From a virus: a stretch of 64,000 bases of DNA. Positions within the stretch are counted from its first letter, which is position 1. Each line of letters starts with the position of its first letter. The DNA lies in IMG/VR virus record IMGVR_UViG_2974543039_000001, positions 34,135 through 98,134 of that record; one strand, written 5' to 3'. Positions 39,101 through 47,338 of the stretch are shown here, piece by piece. The notes under the pieces were generated by a model. It ran no database searches. It was not told where the DNA came from and was given only the letters and a program-made list of their open reading frames with translations. The translations under genes were made by a program, and so were the position numbers.

Positions 39101-39683
39101 GGCTTCTTATCTTACTCCAAACAACACAGGATGTAACTGGGAAGTAAAAGTAGTCGCAAAGTCGGATGTAGGTACGGTGTCCATCGATGATGTGGCTTGG
39201 CAGCCTCTTGCAAACTACATAGAGTTGGTAGCAGGACAATCTGTAGTAGGGTTGGTTAAATTGAGAGCAACATTTAAGTCTAATCGATATATTTCTCCAA
39301 TGCTAACTGTTGAAGACTTACTCTTTGTAAACTTCATCTCAGAAACAGAGGGCGACTATGTATCGGTTAATATTGATGCAGCAGAGACAAGCTTTAACTC
39401 CGTAACAATGTCATATGACGCCTCAACACCTACAGGGACTAAGGTAACTCCTAAGTACTCTCTGGACGGTGGGCAATCATGGGTTGGCTTTACTGATAAG
39501 CCAACGGTTGTCAACCAGTCAGCCGAGTTTAACAGATATACCTACTCCGTAAAAGGAGTAAAGACAGCAGATGGGAAAATCCCAACACAGATTAAATTTA
39601 AATTGGAGCTTCGAGCTGATAACCGCTTCGTAAGACCTCGGGTCAGACGGTTTACCGGAGTATTCAAGGATGAGATTTCTTAA
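36183..39683 (+). CDS. Large baseplate/adsorption protein (DUF4815-like)
   Basis: SPYNDRFDP....KVLFRPDRALQQAELNEMQS; DPLAQSF; 1166 aa. Confidence 0.82.
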   Translation: MADINFGVSPYNDRFDPNSNRNKVLFRPDRALQQAELNEMQSIAEYNVRQLGDSIFEDGAMQTGMSFSIDADAKKITVEDGSVYLAGRVRKFKKQTIPFNSSGTEKIGVKLEQKIIDYNMDPTLLDQTQGVDSYLSAGADRLEETVVLTNNDDSAPTIYEFNDGDLFVQPDRPEFSLINETLAQRTYEESGSYQVEGFKMWTEKSQQDGKVDLIVDRGTAYVLGYRINKPTASRIPLDKSLDYKEVAQETHTYDTSVRKSKIGSSSVKEVKQVLARTQSPAGGVNIPKGTKDGRDGIPAQYTSIDPTTTKLWTSSPEQYYTYGTDYKIVEESGIQYVDWNTGPNGMEPATGQSYNISFEYDRIMQENVDYKVTTTPIEGAAGSDTYIDFNGMTGLKPKSGGLIRVNYTFYLARVDLVTLNSSGEFVVLKGQSDRTTAAQAPIHEDPLTLKIGTVFVYPNSDIAEANNNGVVRLRMEDLQKLKTRLENVEYNQAIQALENSSIVTDDPLTLRGVFADGFVDFSRMDMNLSSVAMSFDDASITLMVNAPDEQMKSPEFAKDKSLAHLWGRIITAPYTENKEITQPLATEAMNVNPYAVYNKLGALKLNPSADNWIEEKKVTVNKEDTMTVRMDRWWRHNRTTTKHKDLQYLVDNLDLDGNQKWDMGNSLNQDKLVGRTGTLTDVASTIRESSIEYIRQKVVEFTAENLKPMSNNLYLTFDGIRVNITPTGTTVKGSDTGTIMADANGKATGKFEIPAGVRTGVREVVLQNGDNSAISTYTAQGTLKTTEEVVTRTRVTVNLYDPLAQSFVFAQDRVVTSFDLYFASKSTSDNLIVQVRGLSEGGFPNQTIYAERIVTPDQVNVSSDGSKATKVALDDPLMCKAGQSYCIVIITDSNDYTMWVATLGQNRKDNPSTKVVSNAYVNGVLFSSSNARTWTVHQSSDLKFSVYTATFQENAVVEFNTLEDLDSDMMLLMASYLTPNNTGCNWEVKVVAKSDVGTVSIDDVAWQPLANYIELVAGQSVVGLVKLRATFKSNRYISPMLTVEDLLFVNFISETEGDYVSVNIDAAETSFNSVTMSYDASTPTGTKVTPKYSLDGGQSWVGFTDKPTVVNQSAEFNRYTYSVKGVKTADGKIPTQIKFKLELRADNRFVRPRVRRFTGVFKDEIS

Positions 39684-39698
39684 TAGGGGGTCTGAAGT

Positions 39699-39869
39699 AT
39701 GCCAATGGAAAGACGTGATCCTATATCTAAGGCAAGGTTGTTTATTCCGACAACATCTGAGAGGGCGTTGATTAAGAGTCAGCGCCATCTCAGTAAAAGT
39801 CTTGAAGAAGTTGACTCACTTAAGAAGGAACTGCAGAAGTTAATAGGTGAGGTAAAAAGAGCTCAGTAG
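39699..39869 (+). CDS. Small protein (56 aa, not in ORF track)
   Basis: MPMERRDPISKARLFIPT...; RBS AGGGGG; follows the DUF4815-like gene. Confidence 0.7.
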   Translation: MPMERRDPISKARLFIPTTSERALIKSQRHLSKSLEEVDSLKKELQKLIGEVKRAQ

Positions 39870-39885
39870 TATAATATGTAAAAAC

Positions 39886-39925
39886 TGCTATATTAAGGGA
39901 GAGACAAATGTCTCTTCTTTTTTTT
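39886..39925 (+). promoter_or_regulatory. Late motif overlapping an intrinsic terminator
   Basis: TGCTATATTA 39886-39895 immediately followed by GAGAGAC-aaat-GTCTCTT plus T-run. Confidence 0.55.
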
Positions 39926-39952
39926 ATTATTTTTTGATTGGAGGACGATAGA

Positions 39953-40507
39953 ATGCAGGAGAGAGACAACCTTTACTTTAACCTGCCGGACGCAACTGAA
40001 AAACTAGCAGCTGAGTTAATGGAGATTGCCAAAAAAGTCAGTGAGGGGCTAGGGGAAATTGGGGACCTTAGTAAAATCCAAGAAGAAATACAAGCAATCC
40101 AAGGAAACGTTGATTCTCTTAGTGGGCAAATAGGTCTAAAAGCTTCTGCAGCTGACCTAGAAAAGGTATCAGGTCAAGTGACATCATTAACTAAGACTGT
40201 TAGTGGAAAGGCTGACTCTACTAGGGTAAAGACTGTTGAGGATAACATCACAGCTATAAATAGCACTCTGGCAAGTAAGGCTGATGCTACTAGAGTAAAA
40301 ACTGTAGAGGATAGCGTAACAGCTATAAACAACACCTTGCCTAACAAAGCTGATGCTACTAGAGTAAAAACTGTAGAGGATAGTATAACATCCATAAACA
40401 GTACTCTAAAGAATAAAGCGGATACATCAGCGATTACAGACATACAAACGAAGATAGATGACCTAACATCGAGAGTAGCAGCTCTTGAAGATAAGCCGTC
40501 TAGTTGA
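39953..40507 (+). CDS. Coiled-coil protein with 23-aa tandem repeats (fibre-like)
   Basis: KADxTRVKTVEDxITxINxTLxx repeats; ATG 39953 after GGAGG. Confidence 0.75.
   Translation: MQERDNLYFNLPDATEKLAAELMEIAKKVSEGLGEIGDLSKIQEEIQAIQGNVDSLSGQIGLKASAADLEKVSGQVTSLTKTVSGKADSTRVKTVEDNITAINSTLASKADATRVKTVEDSVTAINNTLPNKADATRVKTVEDSITSINSTLKNKADTSAITDIQTKIDDLTSRVAALEDKPSS
40208..40423 (+). repeat. 69-bp tandem repeats (3 near-complete copies plus the start of a fourth)
   Basis: Units start at 40208, 40277, 40346 and 40415. Confidence 0.85.
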
Positions 40508-40565
40508 AAGAAAGGTGTACTCGGTATTGACCTAGGGATACACTTGGGACCTATTGATATTGATT

Positions 40566-40594
40566 TGACACTCTAACCGGGTGTCTTTTTTTTT
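40566..40594 (+). terminator. Terminator ending the structural region
   Basis: GACAC/GTGTC stem plus long T-run. Confidence 0.65.
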
Positions 40595-40880
40595 GTCGTA
40601 TTTTATATACCGAATATAAAAGGGTTTTTGACTGATTTCATAACTATATTGTCTTATTTTATAGCTAGTCACTACGTATTATTAATTAGTAATACTATAT
40701 ATAAATATAATAAATAATAATACAGAGCAGTTAAAATTAAAATAAGCATTTACTCCACAAACAATATAGATTATCCCTTATGTCTCAAGAGAATAAAATA
40801 TGACTAACTGTAGCAAAGTTTATATTTGTATGGTACAATATAAGGGAGATACAGTATACTTTAGGAGGAATGTTATACGT

Positions 40881-42650
40881 ATGAGAATTATTGTTGACAC
40901 GATGTATACAACAGTTGATTTTAAAAGGAACACCTTACTCAGAGAGAAAGTCCAGAAAATGGCTCACCGAGAGCTAGGGGTAAAAGTAGACAATGCGCAG
41001 TTTTCCCGGGCGTATCAGAGTGGCGTATGGGATGGGATTACTGACTTTTATGACATGAAAGAGGACAAGTTCCATACAGGATTGCTAACTCAGTTCTTAG
41101 AGGGGCTAAGAAAGCTAAAAGACAAAGACCCTTCGCTTACCTATGAAATCGAGGATATTAGACCTGCTCAGCTGGTCCATCCAGATAGTATCGATGAGGA
41201 GATTGTGTTGGGTAATGGCGAGAACGACCCAATCACTTTGAGGGACTACCAGTACGAGTCAGTTCGCAATGTTTTTCGAGATCAGGTAGGGATTGTGAAC
41301 GTAGCTACCAACGGAGGTAAGACAGAAATTGCTTCTGGGTTTATGCAGCAGGTTCTACCCTACTTAAAAAGAGGAGAACGTATTGCTTTTTTCACCCATT
41401 CAAAAGAGATTCTCCACCAGTCAGCTGACCGGATTATGGCTCGGCTGAATTTAAAACCGAGAGACATCGGAAAAATCGGGGATGGGAAATTTGATGTAAA
41501 GAACAAGAAGATCGTGTTCGTTATGGTCCCTACCCTTGTTAGCTCTTTAAAAGACCCCAAAAAGGGAATTAAATTTACAGCAAAAGAACGAGTGATTAAA
41601 ATGATCGCCGAGGATGTTGCCCCTAAATTTAGGAACACAAAAAATACAAGGCAGCTACTTCGAAACTACATAAAGAACTGCAGTCTTAAAACACAAGTTT
41701 GGCAATCTGCTGAAGAGCAGTTGATGTACATAGCCTATGACAATAAATTTACTGACCGGACCGCCCAGTTGCAGCTTAATAAATACATAGCCGAGTTTGA
41801 CAAAATTATGGAAAAGAAGAATAAGAACAAGTATAAGCGATACAAAGACACCATCGATTTCCTAGATTCGATTAAGGTAATGATTGCTGATGAGGTTCAC
41901 CACTCCAAGGCAGATACATGGTTCTCCTCCCTTTCTTTGTGTGGTAACGCTGTTTATAGGGTGGGGCTTACTGGTACCGTTGACAAAAAAGATAAGATGG
42001 GATGGCAGCGACTTCAAGCTATATTTGCTCAAGTCGTTGTTAAAGTGTCGAACGAGTTCTTGATTGAAAAAGGTATCTCCTCAAAACCTACAATCCGGCT
42101 GCTGCCAGTCGTAGAACCTAGGAATATTGAGTTAGTTAATACATACTTAGAAGCCTACAAGCTGGGGATTGTAGAGAATGAAACTCGTAACAAGATGATA
42201 GCGGACCTTGTTCAATCGTATAAGAAAAGGCGACCGGGCGGAGTCCTTGTAAGCGTTAAGGAGATTGAGCACGGAAATAAAATTCAAGAGATGCTTTCAG
42301 CCAGAGGACTAGAGTCTGCCTTCATTCACGGAGGTTCAGAGAGTGACCACAGGGCGGGGCAGCTTGAGAAGTTTTCTAAAGGGGAGACAGGTATTTTAAT
42401 TGCTTCGACAATCATCGATGAAGGTGTGGACATGAAAAGTATCGGGTGCATGGTACTTGCCGCCGGAGGAAAGTCCATGAGACAACAGCTTCAGCGTATT
42501 GGTCGGGGGCTTCGTTTGAATGGTATTGATGGTAACAGCGTGATGGTCTTTGACTTCTACGACCAGACTAACAAATATCTGCGGAATCACAGTAATGAAA
42601 GGCTGAAAATTTTCAAGGAAGAAAAGTTTGATGTAAAAATTATGCAATAG
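40881..42650 (+). CDS. SF2 (UvsW-like) DNA helicase
   Basis: ATNGGKT, DEVHH, LTGT, QRIGRGLR; ATG 40881 after AGGAGG (ORF-track start 40800). Confidence 0.9.
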   Translation: MRIIVDTMYTTVDFKRNTLLREKVQKMAHRELGVKVDNAQFSRAYQSGVWDGITDFYDMKEDKFHTGLLTQFLEGLRKLKDKDPSLTYEIEDIRPAQLVHPDSIDEEIVLGNGENDPITLRDYQYESVRNVFRDQVGIVNVATNGGKTEIASGFMQQVLPYLKRGERIAFFTHSKEILHQSADRIMARLNLKPRDIGKIGDGKFDVKNKKIVFVMVPTLVSSLKDPKKGIKFTAKERVIKMIAEDVAPKFRNTKNTRQLLRNYIKNCSLKTQVWQSAEEQLMYIAYDNKFTDRTAQLQLNKYIAEFDKIMEKKNKNKYKRYKDTIDFLDSIKVMIADEVHHSKADTWFSSLSLCGNAVYRVGLTGTVDKKDKMGWQRLQAIFAQVVVKVSNEFLIEKGISSKPTIRLLPVVEPRNIELVNTYLEAYKLGIVENETRNKMIADLVQSYKKRRPGGVLVSVKEIEHGNKIQEMLSARGLESAFIHGGSESDHRAGQLEKFSKGETGILIASTIIDEGVDMKSIGCMVLAAGGKSMRQQLQRIGRGLRLNGIDGNSVMVFDFYDQTNKYLRNHSNERLKIFKEEKFDVKIMQ

Positions 42651-42660
42651 AGGAGGGGCT

Positions 42661-42852
42661 GTGTTGGTTCCAGAGAAACGATCACCTGAAAAGCTGTTAC
42701 TTGATTATATTGCTGCCGTAGCGGAAATAAGTTGGATTTGTAGACGAGCACGCATACACGGAGTAGACATGAATGATATAACAGAGATAGAAGGGCAGAT
42801 TGATAAAGCGGAGGGTCGTGACAAAGAGATTAGAGACATGATGAATAAATAG
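42661..42852 (+). CDS. Small hypothetical protein
   Basis: GTG start after GAGGAGGGG. Confidence 0.55.
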   Translation: MLVPEKRSPEKLLLDYIAAVAEISWICRRARIHGVDMNDITEIEGQIDKAEGRDKEIRDMMNK

Positions 42853-42862
42853 AGATTGGGTG

Positions 42863-42890
42863 TTGAACATTCTCTATAATGTGCTATAAT
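42863..42890 (+). promoter_or_regulatory. Sigma-A-like promoter
   Basis: TTGAAC-16-TATAAT with TG extension. Confidence 0.55.
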
Positions 42891-42926
42891 GTGACTATAC
42901 AATACTAAGACTGGAGGAAAAGTTAT

Positions 42927-44615
42927 ATGGAATACGGTGTGTATTTAGAATCCTCTATTGTCGACTTAAAGCCAAGAATATTGGACTTCCTAACCAAAAT
43001 TGTTGAGAAGGCTAAGGAAGTGAAAGACCTCGCTATCTCCATTAAGAAAAAGGATTTAGCGGAGTTGGCTGGGAAAGACACTAGAACGATTTCTAGGTAT
43101 TTAAGCGAGCTGGAAGAACGACGCATTATTGAAACAAAGGGTGTAAGAGGAAGATCAGGAGGGACTGTAATTCTTCTCAATGCAGAGCTCATTCGCTTTG
43201 ACACGTCTGAAAAGGCTTTGATTAATTCAGACAAACCAGTAACAATTGATGATATCGTTGAACAAAAAATACCAAAAAAACAGAAAGATAATAAGAAGAA
43301 GACTAGGAACAGAAGAACGAAGCAGCAGATCATGGAAGACGAGATTCTCCAAGGGAAAGAAAAGTCTGAAAGAGATAAGCTTAACAAGGAAGTAGTATCT
43401 CTAGGCGGGGTGCCTAACTGGGAATGGTTCAAAAAGACAGATGATCCAGTAGGGAACTATCGGACGTACCTGCTAAGCAGGTTATACAACAGATACGCTG
43501 TTCTCTTTGTTGACCGCCATAACGCAGAGGTTGAGTATTATGGAGAAGGGAATCTGCTACCTAAAGTAAGCAATGATTATGATGTACTGCCAAAAGAGTT
43601 TTACGGTTCTTCTCGCTGGCAGCAGTTTGAGAAGTTTAGGTTATTCTGTGAGGACAACGGGATCGACCCTTCTGTCTACTTATCAGCTCAGTTCGCCCGG
43701 TCGATATTCGACAGCTCTACTAAGAATAAAAAGAACAAGGCACTACCTTTTGTCAACGCTCTCCTTTCCTCTACATCCTACGAGGTATTTAAACAATACT
43801 GTGGGTACCAGATGAAGGTAAGCTATGCTTATGCCGCCTACAAGCATATACCCGTTCAGTTCGGAGATGACTTTGTAGTTCAAGCGTTGAATGAAGCTTA
43901 TGAAACTGCAGAGTATGGTATTGGGCTCTTACACTACCGCTACGCTATTAGCGACTTTTTTGAAGGATTTGGAGCTACAGGTAAGGAAGATGCGCTACTA
44001 GACTTCTACCGCCTAACTGATGAGAATCTGCGGGAGCAAAAGGTGTCCTTAAAGACAAGAGACACAATCAAAAAGTTTGTCATGCTACAATCACTTATTC
44101 AGTCTGGAGGATGTACAAGACTTCCGGGGTATCTAATCCTCGGGTCAGAACACACTCAAGTAGTCTTAGCCTCTATTTCTAAACTGACGAATTCGCAGGA
44201 GACTGCCAACCTCATTAAGGCTAGAGCTCTCGGGGTATTCACCCACCCGAATCTTCCAGAGCAGGAGCAGTTGAAAAAAGGAAAGCTTTACCTGTATCAG
44301 CAAAATGTGTTGGATGAGACACCTAAAGTACTATCGCTGATTATGGAACGTAAAAACCTACATCTTTCCCTAGCAGAATTAAACGCTGCATTTACTGAGT
44401 ACGGTAAAAACAAGATTCCAGTCGATGACTACTCTGTAATGGATGTAGACCAGATCGTCAAATTCGTTGAGGACACCTTATACGAGGAGTCAACAGAAGT
44501 ATTAGAAATCGACCACAAAGAGATTACAGATACAAGGGACTGGGAGCTTATTGGAGGTACCTCCTCAGATAGAGATATTTCAGATGAGCTGGAGGATTTC
44601 TTAAGTTCCACATGA
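42927..44615 (+). CDS. Rep-like/HTH DNA-binding replication protein
   Basis: N-terminal winged HTH (KKDLAELAGKDTRTISRYLSELEE...GVRGRSGG); between the two helicases as in Twort-like phages. Confidence 0.7.
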   Translation: MEYGVYLESSIVDLKPRILDFLTKIVEKAKEVKDLAISIKKKDLAELAGKDTRTISRYLSELEERRIIETKGVRGRSGGTVILLNAELIRFDTSEKALINSDKPVTIDDIVEQKIPKKQKDNKKKTRNRRTKQQIMEDEILQGKEKSERDKLNKEVVSLGGVPNWEWFKKTDDPVGNYRTYLLSRLYNRYAVLFVDRHNAEVEYYGEGNLLPKVSNDYDVLPKEFYGSSRWQQFEKFRLFCEDNGIDPSVYLSAQFARSIFDSSTKNKKNKALPFVNALLSSTSYEVFKQYCGYQMKVSYAYAAYKHIPVQFGDDFVVQALNEAYETAEYGIGLLHYRYAISDFFEGFGATGKEDALLDFYRLTDENLREQKVSLKTRDTIKKFVMLQSLIQSGGCTRLPGYLILGSEHTQVVLASISKLTNSQETANLIKARALGVFTHPNLPEQEQLKKGKLYLYQQNVLDETPKVLSLIMERKNLHLSLAELNAAFTEYGKNKIPVDDYSVMDVDQIVKFVEDTLYEESTEVLEIDHKEITDTRDWELIGGTSSDRDISDELEDFLSST

Positions 44616-44682
44616 TACAGGCTCTTTACAGCCTTAGTTATACGTGGTATACTAGACCGTGAAAATTTAGGGAGGGGAAGCT

Positions 44683-46146
44683 ATGGAAGTAAGTCCTATT
44701 CAGCAGCAAATTCTCAGAAAGGCAATTAGAGCACCTTTATTCTCAAAAGAGATTTTACCAAAGGTGCCTAATTCAGCATTTGAAGGCAATGAAATCTACA
44801 TTGAGTTATCACACATTATTAAACGTCACTATCAGACAAAGAGGGACGTTGTAACAGAAGATATTCTGCTTACCCTTGTCGAAGACAAACTTGACAGGAT
44901 GAGGAAGGATGGAGAAACGCAGCAGAAATACTTCAATGCGATCAGAGACTTGTATGGAATTAGAGATAGCTCGGATGACCGAGTTATTGACGAAGAGATC
45001 GAGAAGTACATAAAAAAGCATATGCGTAGAGACTTGCTTATGAAAGCAGCCATGAACCTAGAAAACGAAGAAGAAATGGATAAGATTGATAGTAAGTTTC
45101 GAGAGATAAGCTTGTTAGACATTAGCGGAGGTAGGCAGGAAATTATCAATGTCATTGATGATGTTGAGTATAAAAAGCACGCACTAGCAACAATTTTCCA
45201 GAACACTATCCCTACCGGGTTTTCAGCTCTTGACTACCTCAACGGAGGAGGCTTAGCTAAAGGGGAGCTCGGTCTAGTCGTTGCTTCTTCAGGTACAGGT
45301 AAAACATTAGTGTTGACTAACCTAGCAACCAACTATACGAAGAATAGATACAACGTACTGTTCATCGCTCTTGAGGAGCTAGAGAATCGTATGATTCTAA
45401 AGTTTGAGCAGTCTATGCTTAGACAAAATAAAAGTAGTATTCTTACAGGTGGGAACCTTAACGAAACAAACTTTAATAAGTACCAAGAGTTCTACCAGAA
45501 AAACAGGGAGAGTTTTGGAAACCTCTTTTTCGCTCGCTACTCTCCACGGACAGTAACTCCTGCTAAGATTGAACAGCTAATATCTGATGTTGCGGTTCGT
45601 GAGGGTGTTAGACTTGATGTTGTTATTATTGACTACCCTGAACTCCTTCGAAACCCTGCTTCCACAGGAAATGAGGCAGATGACGGAGGTAAGCTATATG
45701 AGGAAATGCGACGAATAGCGCAGGACTTCCAAGTAGTAATGTGGACTGCAGCCCAGATGAACCGTACTTCTTATAGTGCACAGATAAGAACGGCAGAGCA
45801 CATGGAGGGGTCACACCGGAAGAAGAATGCTGCAGAGCTTGTGCTCACGGTTAACTCGACAGAAGAGGAATATAATGCGGGTTTCCTACGTCTATATGCT
45901 GATAAAGTACGTAACCCTCCAGAAGGACCTTACGATAAGATGATGGGCTTCAAAGTCGTAGGTAGTGCACAAACGCTTCGAGACTACAAAGCAGGAGAAG
46001 AAGCGGAACACAGACGTATATTAGAGGAAGTCGATAGTAAGATGGACCAGATGTTTAAAGGTAAGAAAAGGGAGAAAAAAGGGTCAGAGGCACAGGCTCC
46101 AGACTATGCAGACCTAATAAACAAAAGTATACAAAGTGCAAGATAA
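44683..46146 (+). CDS. DnaB-like replicative helicase
   Basis: ASSGTGKT Walker A, VIIDY, TAAQMNR, LYADKVR. Confidence 0.88.
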   Translation: MEVSPIQQQILRKAIRAPLFSKEILPKVPNSAFEGNEIYIELSHIIKRHYQTKRDVVTEDILLTLVEDKLDRMRKDGETQQKYFNAIRDLYGIRDSSDDRVIDEEIEKYIKKHMRRDLLMKAAMNLENEEEMDKIDSKFREISLLDISGGRQEIINVIDDVEYKKHALATIFQNTIPTGFSALDYLNGGGLAKGELGLVVASSGTGKTLVLTNLATNYTKNRYNVLFIALEELENRMILKFEQSMLRQNKSSILTGGNLNETNFNKYQEFYQKNRESFGNLFFARYSPRTVTPAKIEQLISDVAVREGVRLDVVIIDYPELLRNPASTGNEADDGGKLYEEMRRIAQDFQVVMWTAAQMNRTSYSAQIRTAEHMEGSHRKKNAAELVLTVNSTEEEYNAGFLRLYADKVRNPPEGPYDKMMGFKVVGSAQTLRDYKAGEEAEHRRILEEVDSKMDQMFKGKKREKKGSEAQAPDYADLINKSIQSAR

Positions 46147-46161
46147 AGAGGAGGATGAATA

Positions 46162-47226
46162 ATGAAAGGGAAAGTCATTCATTTCACAGATTTTCATGCA
46201 CACATATTTGAAGACTTTGCTAAGCCGGACCCGGAGTTTGTAAACGACAGATTCCGGGCACAAATTATGACCTTGCACAAAGTCTTTGATATAGCTAGAG
46301 AGCATAGGGCAGCGCTGGTATTCGGAGGAGACCTCTTTCATAAAAGAAAGACACTGGAGGACACTGTGTATAACGAAGTATACAAAGTGTTTGTAGAGAA
46401 CCAAGATGTTCCTGTCCAGCTAATTAGAGGTAACCATGACTCCCGGGATAACACAACAGAAGCTAGGCACTGGCTGGAGACATTTGAATATATACCGAAT
46501 GTATCCGTCTCCTCTGTACCAGAAGCCACCTGTATCATAACACCTAATAGAGCAAGAATAAATCTCTACACAGTGCCTTACTCTGATGATGTCACATTCT
46601 TAAAAGAAAAAATCAAAGAATTTGCAGAGATGCAAAAGAAGTCTTCAGAGCCCTCTATACTAGCCGGGCACATTGGTGTAGACGGTAGTGAGACAGGGCG
46701 ATATAGTCATAGGCTGGAGGGTGCCTTTAAAGTGGGAGACCTATACTCAGATGTATTTGATTATGTGGCACTCGGTCACTACCATAAGCGGCAGTTTTTA
46801 GCTGGAACTGACAATGTATTCTACACAGGGAACACAATTCAGACAAGTTTCTCTGATGAGGGGCAGGAGAAGGGTGTTTTCCTAATCGATTTTGATAAAG
46901 GTGGCAAACCTAAATTCATCCCGATTAAAAACAAGCAGTTCATTACCTTAACATCCGTGGACAGCAGCACTCAGGATATTGTGGATAATAACTATGTTCG
47001 TTTCGTGCTCTCTAAGGAGCAGGCAAAAGAAGTTGAAGTTTTTAAAGAGAAGAATGACAATGTACGAGTCGAGGTTCAAAGGGAGTACAAAACTGAGACT
47101 AGGATTGATATTTCAGTAGAGTCAAACGAAGAGCAGATTGTAGCTGCCTACACTCAAGAGTTCTATCCGAATGTAACGGAGGTAGCTTTGGACGTTTTAA
47201 AAGAGGCGGCTACAAGGGCAATTTAA
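46162..47226 (+). CDS. SbcD/Mre11-like nuclease subunit
   Basis: TDFH, GDLFH, GNHD, GHIG and LGHYH metallophosphoesterase motifs. Confidence 0.9.
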   Translation: MKGKVIHFTDFHAHIFEDFAKPDPEFVNDRFRAQIMTLHKVFDIAREHRAALVFGGDLFHKRKTLEDTVYNEVYKVFVENQDVPVQLIRGNHDSRDNTTEARHWLETFEYIPNVSVSSVPEATCIITPNRARINLYTVPYSDDVTFLKEKIKEFAEMQKKSSEPSILAGHIGVDGSETGRYSHRLEGAFKVGDLYSDVFDYVALGHYHKRQFLAGTDNVFYTGNTIQTSFSDEGQEKGVFLIDFDKGGKPKFIPIKNKQFITLTSVDSSTQDIVDNNYVRFVLSKEQAKEVEVFKEKNDNVRVEVQREYKTETRIDISVESNEEQIVAAYTQEFYPNVTEVALDVLKEAATRAI

Positions 47227-47231
47227 TCCTA

Positions 47232-47260
47232 GGGGTTATCTATATGATAACCTCTTTTTG
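47232..47260 (+). terminator. Terminator between sbcD-like and sbcC-like genes
   Basis: GGGGTTATC/GATAACCTC plus T5. Confidence 0.7.
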
Positions 47261-47262
47261 CG

Positions 47263-47291
47263 TTGACATTAGTTATACGGTCTGTTATAAT
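47263..47291 (+). promoter_or_regulatory. Consensus sigma-A promoter
   Basis: TTGACA-17-TATAAT, followed by cta-GTTACA. Confidence 0.85.
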
Positions 47292-47338
47292 CTAGTTACA
47301 GAAGAGTCTATGAACTATAAGGAGGTAGGATACACAAG

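Noticed and set aside
40208-40423. CRISPR-like array
   Set aside because: Repeats are contiguous, in-frame coding units without unique spacers.
40508-40565. Riboswitch or ncRNA after the repeat gene
   Set aside because: A possible AAGGTGTA/TACACTT hairpin, but no recognisable family motif; likely part of the terminator region.
41540-41870. Long insert before DEVH in the SF2 helicase
   Set aside because: I recall a similar insert in Twort-like helicases generally, so it is not distinctive; no intein motifs.
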